The notes under the pieces were generated by a model. The model saw only the letters and a list, made by a program, of their open reading frames with translations. It was not told the DNA's origin and ran no database searches. Both the position numbers and the translations under genes were made by a program. A stretch of DNA of 63,330 bases, filler included, from Polymyxa betae A26-41 (lineage: Eukaryota > Protista > Endomyxa: Phytomyxea): NCBI GenBank assembly GCA_003693705.1. It is 7 parts of 7 records of this genome, joined end to end, with 100 filler letters (N's around TTAATTAATTAA, not from the genome) between each part and the next. Parts side by side here need not be neighbours in the genome. Positions count along the whole stretch, not along the records: positions 50,287 to 56,870 come from RBZT01000457.1; positions 56,971 to 60,842 come from RBZT01000728.1; positions 60,943 to 63,330 come from RBZT01000073.1; 4 more parts are not named here. One strand, 5' to 3'. Shown in pieces: positions 52,124 through 63,330 of this stretch (the first letter of the stretch is position 1; each line of letters starts with the position of its first letter).

Positions 52124-53769
52124 CTATATAATGTCCAAATATATGAGTGAAGTAATGAAAATATTTCCTCCTGGGTCACGAACTAGTTGTGCTTTGATCG
52201 AGTATTTCGTATTGTTACTGCCAATGAGTGCCTCAAATCCGCACTTTTTAGTCTTGCCTTTGTGACAAAAGCAAAGCGTCCGAAAATAACTATGGGAAAA
52301 CGGATTCCCCCATCGAGATTGAAAAACCCGAAGGTCATTCTGACAGCATATTCTGACACATGAAAGTACTGCGTAACACGTTTTCTGTAGCCAGTGCGCA
52401 CATCCTTCACGTTTCATGCTCAATTTCGGGTCGGTCATCTTGGCCCGAACTATTTTTAGACTTAAACTGGCCACCAATATCAACTTCTGTAACGTGGTCT
52501 TCGAAGTTGAGAACTCCGATATTTGGGTCAAAATGATCTCATCATCGAGAACTTTGATAATAAGGGGGTCTTTTGCAACTTCTGTTTTGCCTTTTGGTTT
52601 GATCAATATGTTTGTATCGGAAATAAACGCGCACTCCCCATCATCAGGCTGCATTCTTGCAACTTTTCTTTTGCGTTTTGGTTTGATCAGTTTGTACGCA
52701 TCAGTAAGAAGCGCGTACTCGTCATCATCAGGCTGCTTTTTCTAAATTTCAGTTTCAGTGCGAAAAATCCCCATTCAATATGAATACATCTCACCAGAAA
52801 AGCACACAGAGTAATGTCTGTGATCTTCTCGACATTTAAATCAAACAATTTCAGAAATGCAGGAAAAAAGTTAAGCTGTGGTAGAGCGAGTTCCTCTGGT
52901 GCTTGTAGAACGGGAGGTTCAACAGAGATGAAAGAAATATCTTGGACCGGATTCATAGACTGATCGGCAGTTAACAGTTTGGATCGACATTCATTTCCGG
53001 AACATTCTTTATGGAGTGTTCGATGACTGAAGGGATTCCCCCAGACTGTCTGGAATCTCCGGAGATCTTTCTGACAGCATTCCATGACACATCGTAGTAC
53101 AGGACGACAAACCTGATACAGGAAATATCGTATTTTCCAAGCGTTCTTCCTCCAAGTCCATTTATAGTTCCGGAGGCCCAGATCAATTTCCGATACAGAT
53201 TCGCAATCAGAATCAGCTTTTGTAATGTGCTCTGAGAATAACGGATTCGTTGGATTTCGCTCACATCCAGATCATGTCCTTTCACATTGATAACTAATTG
53301 AGAGTTGATCTTAGAGTTGGGAACAACTTCACTATCGAAATACAAACAAATAAGTTCTTCATCATTCGTCTCTTTGATCTAATCTACAGTCAATATACAG
53401 AGGAAATGAAAATTTTCTTAAAAGTCCACCAGAAAGTTGCAGAGACTGAAATAATCATTGATGTCCGTCTCATCATGATTAAAGGAGCATTGAAGGTCGG
53501 ATAGTGAAGAAGATTCGTCATTACGAGACAGAGGCCTTTTCCGGGAGACACTTTCAAATCGTTCATCATTCTGATAAAAAACCTCAGCAGTTTTCCAAAC
53601 ACGAAACTTGATAAGGACGCATTACATTGATAGCTTCATGAATAGGAGGTAAAGCCGGAACATTATCTGTATGGTGTAATAAAGTTGTTGATATTGATAA
53701 CATTTCAGTATCAGGCAGAATCTCCAACATTCCACAAATTTCATTCTCAGTGAATATCTGAATAATCAA
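52124..53769 (-). pseudogene. Orphan protein with two copies of a ~100-aa domain; frame-disrupted or spliced
   Basis: STLQKLILIANL...CCQKDLRRFQTVWGNPFSH versus TTLQKLILVASL...CCQNDLRVFQSRWGNPFSH; internal QPDD..LIKPK peptide duplication at 52570-52740. Confidence 0.6.
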
Positions 53770-54743
53770 TCAATTTCATAACATCACGGTTATAAAATCA
53801 TTTCATACATTAAAATTTACATCGAGATTGAATGAGGGATCTAAGAGATCGTTGGAATAGGGAAGATCTGAGAAATTTTGGATCAAATATGAATCATAGA
53901 GGATAGGTTCCTATAATGCGGTGTGAAAAGATGTGACTGCATTTCAGAGCAATCATACACTGGTGTCTGTAACGTGGAGGTCGAGAGGAAAAACAGTAAC
54001 ATGAGAATCTCCAAGATAATCTGTAACATTATTCGGCCCAGAACTGAATGCAGCCAAGCACTCAGATAATTTCAGTATCAGGAAGACAATCGCTGGGCCA
54101 ACCATTTCCAGGCAAATGAAAATCCAATAGTCGGTCTTCGGCGTTGCGAATCTCTTGCGTGGCAAGGGGAAGGGAGAATGGATTTTGGGCTATAATCGGG
54201 CTACCTCCTATAAATGGCCCAATCTCCGTGGGCGCACTTTCATTGACAATTGCCGATAGGCTTGAAACTGACCTAGCGCCAGCTCAACGACTGCAAAGTT
54301 TCAGATTGCTGATAATATTCGGATATGCTGATCCATCTTTGACATTTAAAAAAAATGAGCCTAACAAACTAATGGGAGATTTGGCCCAGACAGCCGAAAT
54401 GTCGTCATAGGGTGTGTTGCCTGAGCCCTGCCTTATCGTCAGTGTTCAATTTCAAGGTTTACAATCGATAGATACGATATAACAAACAACAATAGAAAGA
54501 TGTGTTGTATATATATAAGGCTGCAAAGGTTTCGATAGGGAGTCTGGACGCCACGGAATAATCTGATAATTGCGATAATATCACGATATATTACGATATC
54601 GTGATTACTTTTTTCGCTAGGGTGTTTGGACAGACGCAATAATGCAATAATTTATCATGGAAATATTGGAATAAAATTATTCTGCTCCGGACCTGAATAT
54701 TTAATATTGAGAATTGCGGCGCTTGTTTTTGAAAGAGGCGATA

Positions 54744-55290
54744 TGAAGAATGAGCGAACTCGACGTCATGGTCCGAGGAGCAGGACGTGTGCTGGATCAC
54801 TGAGATGGTCCACCAGGTCAATGTTTTAGGTCGCCGTGCTCAGTCTGGTTTTAAAAGAGAAGCTTGGGAAGGGGCCGTGCAGAAACTTAATTCTGAATTC
54901 AAACTCTCCCTTCGATCGGGATCATTTAAAGACCCGAAATGCCCAGGTTCCTCCTATATAAAGACGTCCACTGATAGGCTTAGTTCCCGACTTTTAGTTA
55001 CGAAAAGATTACGATATAGGTCGATCTATCAAAGTAATGAGCGGTTTCGGGTGGGATTCTTCTCGGCACATCGCATCGGATTCAGATTCAGTTTCGGCAG
55101 ATTACATCGACGTATGTCAATGTCAGGGTTTCTTTGCGCAGTTGACCTTGATATGTAGAAACATCCGAAAACAAAGAAATGGAGAAGTACACCCTTTCCG
55201 TTGTTCCCTTTGCTTGAACAGCTTTACGAAGACACTATAGCGGTCGGAACGTTCGCGTACTCAGCTGCCTCTTCGACCGGAAATAGTTGT
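54744..55290 (+). pseudogene. Myb/SANT-like (Myb_DNA-bind_3) Harbinger accessory protein
   Basis: SWSEEQD...RRAQSGFKREAW, SGFGWDSSRH, HPKTKKWRSTPFPLFPLLEQLY; upstream cgata/tatcg repeats at 54435-54605. Confidence 0.8.
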
Positions 55291-55400
55291 TGTCCTGTCA
55301 GGGATCGGGCAAGCAAAGGCCAAGTTTGATTACGTTACCAGGTGTTATGTTACCTGCAACGCAACTTCTTGTCCCGGCTACGCACACTATAGAGAAGTTC

Positions 55401-56130
55401 TGTCATGATTCACTACTTCCNNNNNNNNNNNNNNNNNNNNNNNNNNNNNNTCTCTGTTTATCGAAATACAATCATTCTCGAATCTATTCGATTCTTATAA
55501 CTCTTGTTCGCCTGCTTCTTCGTAGCCTTCACTTATTCTTCCTCGCCCTGTCCCAGTCCTCACATTAGATTCGAGAATCCTAGTTCCTATTTAGTGCACC
55601 CGAACAAGACCCATGATCGTTAACGGCGCCCCTTTCGACGCTACAAACCCTGAACACGTTGCCATTGTCGTCGCAGAGCTCGCCGGCAAAGTTTCAGACC
55701 TGTAACGATCCAAGGAGCAGCTAGAACAACGCAACGCCGAGCTCTCCCAGCAGATGAAATCTGAAACCCTAACCCTAGCCAAGAAACCGACCGCAGCCCC
55801 CAAGCTCCCTCTCCCAGAAAAATACGACGGAAAGCGTCAGCAGTTCCGCCAATGTAAGAATAGTGTCAAGCTTCAGTTCTCGGTCTCCCACGACCGCTTC
55901 CCCACCGACACCTCAAAGACCGGGTTCGTCGCCTCGCTGCTCCGGGGCGCCGCCCTGGACTGGATCACGCCATACCTCGAGCTCCAGGATCCCATGCTTT
56001 CTTCATGCGAGTCTTTCGACGGAAAATTCAAAGCCATGTTTGACGACCCTCACCGTGCCAAGACCGCCGTCAGTAAGCTGACGCAGCTTAGACAAGGCCG
56101 ACGTCCCGTCGTCGCCTACGCTGCCGAATT
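55401..56130 (+). mobile_element. Tf1/sushi-type gypsy 5' end: LTR (with 30-N gap), self-priming PBS, gag
   Basis: LTR TG 55401..CA 55564; PBS 55566-55578 complementary to LTR 55474-55486; gag PKLPLPEKYDGKRQQFRQ...SLLRGAALDW...LRQGRRPVVAYAAEF. Confidence 0.88.
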
Positions 56131-56254
56131 CTTTTCCTCGTTCTTGTTCCTCTCGTTCTTCTGTAAGTTCCTATGTTTCCGATTATTCCGACAGTTTCCC
56201 TAGTTCCCCTAGTTTCAATTTAACCAATTTCCCTGCCTTCCTTGACCCTATGAA

Positions 56255-56870
56255 TGTTTCGCCTCGTTCCGTTCCGCTTGGAAAGTCTAATTGCACTATA
56301 CGCTCCGCTCCCGGTTTCCATACTAATATTTAGTCTCAGCCACATCTACTGCGAATGCGCCGCTGACAACTAGTCAGTCAAGGCCTAGAGAAGTCCGACA
56401 AGCGTCGTTGAGCGGATCGCTGGTCTGGCCCAGAGGTACCATCGAGCCCGAGTCAGAAGAGGAGGAAGAAGACGGAGGTAGGCCGGAAGCGGAACCCGCC
56501 AACTCTGCTCCGATCGTGGGACCTGTTGCTAAGCCAACCAGACCTGCCAGAGTGGGCAAGGCAAAGAAGCCCGCTAACCTGGTCATGTCCGACTCTGAGT
56601 CTGACTCGGGGGTTGAAGTGAGAACGCCTGACAAACTACCTGCCGCCGGTGGTACCAGTCTAGTGCTGAACCGTGACCTACATGACGAGCCACCACATAG
56701 CATTTACGCTGAGTCGGACGCGCTGGTCGGACTTCTTTAGGCCTTGACTGACTAGTTGTCAGCGGCGCATTCGCAGTAGATGTGGCTGAGACTAAATATT
56801 AGTATGGAAACCGGGAGCGGAGCATATAGTGCAATTAGACTTTCCAAGCGGAACGGAACGAGGCGAAACA
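56255..56870. repeat. 150-bp inverted repeat arms around a ~316-bp spacer
   Basis: 56255-56404 versus 56721-56870 with 3 mismatches; the right arm runs into the contig end. Confidence 0.95.
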
Positions 56871-56970
56871 NNNNNNNNNNNNNNNNNNNNNNNNNNNNNN
56901 NNNNNNNNNNNNNNTTAATTAATTAANNNNNNNNNNNNNNNNNNNNNNNNNNNNNNNNNNNNNNNNNNNN

Positions 56971-57320
56971 GCCCGACCCGAACTCGGGCTATACCCGAAC
57001 AGAAAGAAGAGACTGAGACACTGAAAATCGGATGTACTGCGATAGCCCTCTATTGATTAGGGTACGAACAGGACATACTCGAGCGCGAGTGCACTTGCAC
57101 AATTTAAAAATTGAGACCAGTGACCAGTGTCGTCATTGTGAGAGCAAAAGAGAAACCAATAAGCACCAATTACTGAAATGCCCAAAATTTAAAGATCCAC
57201 TAAAGATAATAGAAAGAAATACAAACAGCTAAAACCAACATGTTTCAATGAAGCATTCTACACACATGATCAATTTATTGTCAAATTTCTGGCGAAGGCA
57301 TATTCACACGGATGTTATAT
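56971..57320 (+). mobile_element. Non-LTR retrotransposon (LINE) ORF2 C-terminal CCHC region
   Basis: LLIRVRTGH...HLHNLKIETSDQCRHCESKRETNKHQLLKCPKF. Confidence 0.85.
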
Positions 57321-57649
57321 ATAGCGAGACAATACGAAAGCTGGGTAACGCCAATAGGGGGAGTATTTGTACATGGGGTTCGAGTCCATGTTGGATTGGG
57401 CGGGTGCCTATCATTCCTTATCGAGGCTCTCTTAGGTCCTGCAGATAGGGCCGTTTACGATCAACAAGAATTAAAACGGGTGAATAGGGAGTAACGCCCC
57501 GAAATCAGTAGTAGGGGGTTCTGGAGTCTATTTGGGGAATTTGCCTAAATTTTCCAGCCATGCGTTTTGGAAAGAACGCAGGAAATAATTTGAAACACGA
57601 TTGAAGTTTATCCCCTTCTTATTTGTGCGATAAATCTCACCAATCTGCT

Positions 57650-58125
57650 CAAACATATCTCATCAGCCAAAACAACCCTCCTGATAAGTCCTGAACAGTC
57701 GCTGTCGATGACCTATGTTCTCTCGGTCCGATTCTATGCGGCGGGGTCCGGTACGACTCGACTGTTTCACACAGTTTATGATGCTTGGCAAAGGCGCTGC
57801 TATCCTGCAGGACGAGCTTTCCCGCCATCCGAGCCAGTACGCCGTTCTCTATAACGCGACGCGAGTAGCAGTGATATCGGAGCCGGAAGTTCATCAGGAA
57901 TTTTGATCAAGAAATTGCATCGTTGAAAACCCTAACCCGAAACCTCTCGATGACGATATTGTTTCGACTCTACCTGCCAGCCGATCACATTCAAACGCGC
58001 AGTATCCGGGTTTAATGATGCTGAACAGGTCCAAAAAAGCCGAGGTGGACTTTCGCAGAACACGAAACATCAATCGATGTCCTGGATGACGGGCTTTCAG
58101 AATCATTCTTTCAGTCATCTACAGA
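57650..58125 (+). pseudogene. Possible degenerate D5-like (SF3) primase-helicase fragment
   Basis: Across frames: SAKTTLL (Walker A-like), YNATRVAVISEPE (Walker B-like), LKTLTRNLSMT, LMMLN (motif C), RAFRIIL. Confidence 0.45.
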
Positions 58126-59149
58126 GGCTCTATGAGGATCGGGGCCGTTGATATGAGCTGGCAGAAAGGCCTCGTTCGGCCCTATTTGAAGAACCTCAAA
58201 GAGGTTCGACCAGATCAGGCCGGGCATACCCGCCCAATACAAACATTGACTCGTCACCATGTAACGCTGACTGAGAAATTTCGGAACTGTTTGTGTGACG
58301 CGGCCTCCCCAAGTCGTGGCGGCCGGTCTCAGGCCGTGGTTCGTTCAAGTCTGGGGGTGGCCTCCTGACATGGTCCTCCCGCACTGTCAGGTCTGCCGAC
58401 CCGACGCGCAGATTTGTAGCCTCTACTAGCCCTGTGTTAACTCCTGTGAATATTCCTTCTTGATTCTTGCATTCATAGATTCAATAACACGCAGTCCGCT
58501 CACATTTCTGCGTCTTTGGCTCTTAGAAGCAACACACAAACTTGGAAATTTTGGGATTTTCGATGTACTCTGTTATAGGCGATTTTGGAAATTTTCATTT
58601 CGGTTATCGAAATTTTCACAAAAACTTCAGTTATATCGGATAGAATGGATATCTGTGGAAGTTCTCTTCATCAAGTATTAGGGCATACCAGATAGACATT
58701 GAACTTCACGCACTTCGCGAAGTCCGAAATCCCCTGCCTCGATTCGATCTGGGTCGAGCTCTCCATTCTTATTTCGATTCTGCAATGGCGATGATGACCC
58801 GATCAACCGCAATCACGATCCTGCTCGGTCTATTGATGGCCTTCTCTCAGTTCACGATTCCTTCTCTGTAAGTCCTTGTTCTGTTATATCGTCGCCATTC
58901 TCACTCTTTTCTTTGATAGTGGCGATGATCGGGTCCATGGTTTTATGCCTGTTGAACAAGGTCAAGATTCCCCGAACTATGCTATGCTTGGGTTTCTGAT
59001 GCATCACAAACCAACACCAACGCTATCGCTGCTCTTGCTGTTGCTCTGGCCGCAATCGTCTTCAACAACGCCAATTAGACATCTTGACCACCAATAAACT
59101 GAATCCATCCAATCAGGTCTTGTTTATTAGCATCGAGTTATAGGACATT

Positions 59150-59489
59150 GTGATACAATCCTTCAGAAGCCATTCGTCTGATTGCTGCTCTTTGGCTAGA
59201 AAAGGATACTGATACAACTCATACAGCACTTGTAGACCTGTTCAATAAGGCGTGGATTTACTCAGAATCGTCATTCAAGCATGGCGATCTTGAAATGGGC
59301 AAATTGTCTTTGAAATTTGATAGCCAGATTCTGCGAGAAAAGAACTTCAAAGATTTTTATGATCAAGACATTGCTCTCTCCAGGATAGGGCCATTATATG
59401 TGGGTAAACGAAATTGCCGAGAATGGATCGAAGAACAGCCGTCAACGACGCCATTTTTAGCTCACAAAATCTCATCGTTAGCAGGTTGA
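59150..59489 (+). CDS. Hypothetical protein exon
   Basis: Open frame NPSEAIRLIAALWLEKD...HKISSLAG; possible upstream exons from ~58785; no recognisable domain. Confidence 0.3.
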
Positions 59490-60132
59490 CTCGGACGTAC
59501 CAGAAATTTTATTCAAAATTTGATGGAGTCGCAGGATCGAGTGCGTTTAAGGTGCGAATATCACCCATCGACTTTTCGGGGTGACAAATTTTCGCCTTCC
59601 AAGGCTACAAATTAAAATTCTCTAGGTGAAGTATTACTACCACGATGACTGCAATATTTTTAAAACCCTCGTTTACCCTGATACCATGATTATATCTTAG
59701 TACAACATCCGCAAAAGCTTCTCAGTTTCCTGTATGATGCGAATATGATGAAGGAAATTGCGAACGGTGCATCGGCGAATTTGGGCGAAAATTTTGAACT
59801 CAGATTAAGATTCCATTTTTGGCGACTCTCAAAGTAAAAAAGTCTCCTCACCTGTGAGGATCGAGGTTGGGAAAATTCATGTTTTATCACTGGGAAGTCT
59901 AGGGTTTAAGCCTTAGGGATTGTCATGTTTGTAGCAAGGTCGCTCTCATACTGGAATTCAATTGTTACGGGTGTAACAATCCTGCTGGTAAAAGGAATCG
60001 CTTTTCCGCAGCCTTTATTAATACCAAGATTGTTTTAATTCGATCAAAATTGTACGGACAATTTCATGAAAAATGCGAATCTGAGTCCTTCAGCGAAAAA
60101 ATATTGTGCGTAAGAAAGCCCGCGGAGCTCGT

Positions 60133-60842
60133 GATGCAAACAAACGGGTCGTCATATGCCGTGGTGATTCCAAGGCCAGTGGCTGAGATGATCGATGAGC
60201 TTCCCGATTCCATCCATCTCCAGATCTTCAGCTTTCTCGGGCCGTACTGGACCCGGATTGGACAGCTGGTCGATTCCCGCTTCCGCAATCTCATACGAAG
60301 ATCAGAATACGTGAGAGCATGTCTCGGTGAGCAGCAAGATCGTGACTTTAATCGACAAATTCGACGACATATTTATACTCAGCCGTTATCGAATGCCGAA
60401 TCCCCATGTGTGGAAGAAGACGAAATTCCAGATGATCGTATTGTTGTTGGAGTAATGGCCAATTCGTATGGAGTATTTCTCCCATTTAATTATATCGGCG
60501 GTTATTTTCTTTTTGATGATTCTGAGCTGTACATCATTAACCAGCTGGGAACTATGGTGGGTCCCTTCATCTCTGACCCAGATAGCTACGATTTCGAAAT
60601 CTTAGATTCCGGCCAAGGTTCTTCCAATGGTCCCTATCTATGTTATTATCTAATGGGTCGCTTTTACATAACCACTCCAGACGAATCTTCAATGCAAACC
60701 CGCCACATCTTCCTTCTTCCATGTTGTCTGTCGAAGACCCGTATTTAGAGTCTGGGCATCACAGGAACACTTTCTCGAACGGGCGTATTCTCTTCCATGT
60801 TGAGTCCACCGATACTTTTTACATGCATGTTCTGGCCGATGG
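60133..60842 (+). CDS. F-box-like domain protein (possible frameshift; truncated at spacer)
   Basis: MIDELPDSIHLQIFSFLG....IGQLVDSRFRNLI fits the F-box consensus. Confidence 0.65.
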
Positions 60843-60942
60843 NNNNNNNNNNNNNNNNNNNNNNNNNNNNNNNNNNNNNNNNNNNNTTAATTAATTAANN
60901 NNNNNNNNNNNNNNNNNNNNNNNNNNNNNNNNNNNNNNNNNN

Positions 60943-61150
60943 ATCGTATCGGTGTTTCAGGAACATAAAATGTCTGGGCATAAAGCCGACTCGGCAGCCA
61001 TTTACCCGAATCCTGACAACAGAGCCCAGCTTGACGGACGACCCACAAACTGAGTGATTCTCACAGGTTCGGCCTGAATCGCCAGACGCAACTCCAACAA
61101 TGTCGATGACCTCGCCTGGCTGGTGCTGATGGAGGCCCCTCACCATCACA
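60943..61150 (-). pseudogene. Fragment of a small Cys/His protein (HIRAN-like?), probably transposon-associated
   Basis: IDIVGVASGDSGRTCENHSVCG...VVRIR...GCRVGFMPRH. Confidence 0.45.
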
Positions 61151-63015
61151 GAAAAAGACAAAGGTTGACAATCTATACATCAATCGACTCGGCTTGACGC
61201 GGCCTACGCCATTTGCGCCAATATAAATGTCCTCACAAAAGAAATATTATAAAATATACATCAATTTTCACTGGGGGTACAAAGTCCGTAGTGTACAAAG
61301 TCCCGCACTATACGGTAGTTCGGCAGGTCCCGCCATTGGGTAAACCGTAACACTTTTGGATCCATAAACGCACTTATAATCAGAACACCGGAATCCTTCG
61401 TAACATTGCGTACGTTTCAACCCCAATTAGAAACCAATATCTTGCACAACATCCGGATTTCAAAAGCAAACGGGATTTGAAGAGAACAAATGAGTTCCTC
61501 AGGAAGAAGCTCTTCCAGTACGAAAAGTATGATAAAGAGCAATGTCAAATTATCAAAGATTTGACCAAGGTGCATTCTAACTGTTAGTGTCTGTTGTTGA
61601 ATTAATACAGAAATTGTAGGAAAACCGTGCCATGATTGATGTCGCTCCAATCAAAAATCTCACAGAGCATCTCTATGAGGAAAAGCTGGCACCCTTGATG
61701 TTACAGCGGGAGCGCATTGAACTCGCGCAGAAACAGATCGATTTGGATAAAAGCCGAAACAACAAGGCTCTGGCAACATTCCATGGGCGCCATGAAGCAA
61801 TCAGTCATAAAGGAGTTTCGGAGCCCTCCCTAAATCCATCCTCGGCTGTGATTCAGCTGTTAAGAGCAATTCGAGAACCCATCTTGAACTTCATCGTTCA
61901 AAACAACAAGTCCAGTTTGTCCCTGAGTAATTTCGGGATATGTTGGATTGTGGATGCGCTCCCGATCGGGCATCCACATTGTTGACCCGCTTGCTCAGTG
62001 ATATGAAACCGCCGACCCAACTCCAAGCTAAAAATGGCTTGTGGCCAAGCACGCTGGCAACGAGCATGTTGCGAAATTTGAAGGGTGACTGCTTCAAAAT
62101 CAACGACAAATTGTTCTAACTCGATATTAATGTCGAGTTACGCTGTTCGGAATGCAAAGAAGCAACAGTCATCTCGACATCACATGAGCTCTCTGGTACA
62201 GCAACCAGCATTTATCCCGGTCAAGATCTGGCAAGCTCATGGCTGTTACGTTACCTGCGCAGGCTTTGAAACAGACTGTGGATTGTGCCAATCTTGACAG
62301 GTGTTTGGAACACGAGATAGATCCAATTTTGAAACAGCTCGAAATGAGCTGTGATTGTACTGGTAGCTCCAACCTCCTCAAGTTGCAAAACCCTTTGGCG
62401 ATCTTGATCATTTGTTGCTTGGTTGTGTGCTCATCGATTCGAGTTTTCTCTGCGATGTTGCTGCGTCCAATATTCTGCGTTCTTGACAAGCCTTTTTACA
62501 TTAATGGCTGTCTGCTGACCCCAGAGGTCAGCAGTAGCGGCAGTGTGACCGCTGACGGTTGATTGCCCAACATTTCTGGAAACAACATTATCGCCTCTTT
62601 TCCGTTTTTCTTGAAATTCTTCCATTAACTCGCTTCTCCAGGAAAAGATGCAATTTATCGCCAGTGGCCTTGCATCCGTCAATAAATTCCTTGGAATTGC
62701 TCCATTGTTAAAATTCTATTTAACGAGCGGAATATGCCTTGGATGTATTAATTGGCCGGATCTGTATGCCTCGTGCAGGGTTTGTAAAATGGATTCATGC
62801 AAATCAATGTTCAGAAAAGAATGGGATGAGGCCGTCCCCATTAGCATGGAAGCATCGTCTGTTGGTAGGGCGATAGCCTACAGAGCCGGCCACAGACCGC
62901 CGAGGCTGACAGCGAGCACGCCGGCATACAAGCATCAGGCATGGCAAGCAGCGATGGTCATCAAATCAGGCAACTGTCGCCCTCATCCGTTCAAAAAGAA
63001 TGACCAGTGAAGACC

Positions 63016-63087
63016 TGCCCCCAGCAGGGATTGAACCTGCGACCTACCGCTTACAAAGCGGGTGCACTACCACTGTGCTATAGAGGC
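63016..63087 (-). tRNA. tRNA-Thr(TGT)
   Basis: GCCTCTATAGCACAGTGGTAGTGCACCCGCTTTGTAAGCGGTAGGTCGCAGGTTCAATCCCTGCTGGGGGCA folds as a 72-nt cloverleaf with anticodon TGT. Confidence 0.93.
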
Positions 63088-63099
63088 AATCTGATACTT

Positions 63100-63330
63100 T
63101 GTTAGACGGGAGAGGGTTTTGAACTGGAATGTGTTTGAAGAAGTGTTTTATTTCTTAGTATGCAAGCGGAAGGCAATGCTTCCGGTTGAATTAGCGTGAG
63201 TCAACGCTATCGATATCTCGAGATTTATCTAACAGCGCTCATCTGCTAACACGCCCCTTCGCTGTTGACATCGAGAGTTTCTTTGATTGATAAAGTGGGG
63301 CTGTAATCTGGATCGCCATCTTCGGCAATT
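63100..63330 (-). mobile_element. Copia-like 3' end: 152-bp LTR (63100-63251), PPT and decayed pol end
   Basis: TGTTAG...CTAACA terminal inverted repeat; PPT gaaggggcg directly before the LTR on the minus strand, similar to the PPT at 4954. Confidence 0.75.

Noticed and set aside
57340-57530. tRNA/ribozyme-like segment (ggttcgagtcc; gggagtaacgccccgaaa)
   Set aside because: An isolated B-box-like motif without a cloverleaf or CUGANGA core; likely a LINE 3' region.
61310-63010. Decayed large DNA transposase (Academ/DUF6589-like)
   Set aside because: Too fragmented; no catalytic motif could be identified with confidence.

Overview
Eukaryotic, TE-rich genomic DNA with short (~45-65 nt) GT-AG introns. 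It is probably a protist; a phytomyxean/plasmodiophorid-like organism is my inference only. The window is a pseudomolecule of seven contigs joined by artificial N44-TTAATTAATTAA-N44 spacers, so adjacency across spacers is meaningless. Bases 1-31.8 kb are a nested graveyard of Ty3/gypsy chromoviruses, Ty1/copia elements, PIF/Harbinger and Tc1 (DD34E) transposons, MITEs, solo LTRs and a Penelope-like RT. Bases 31.9-47.5 kb are a compact host gene island: the 3' end of HisRS, an orphan gene, exportin-7-like, a GRK-type kinase (RGS-homology + kinase + C-terminal CaaX) and AP-2 alpha-adaptin. The rest holds a tRNA-derived SINE with TSD, a duplicated-domain orphan, a Tf1-type self-priming gypsy 5' end, a 150-bp inverted repeat, a LINE 3' end, a possible D5-helicase relic, an F-box gene, and tRNA-Thr(TGT) with a copia LTR 12 bp upstream. 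The strongest leads are the CaaX-bearing rhodopsin-kinase-like GRK and three different retrotransposon priming modes (iMet half-tRNA, Lys half-tRNA with D-arm loop-out, self-priming). All family assignments are by eye from motifs; no database searches were run.
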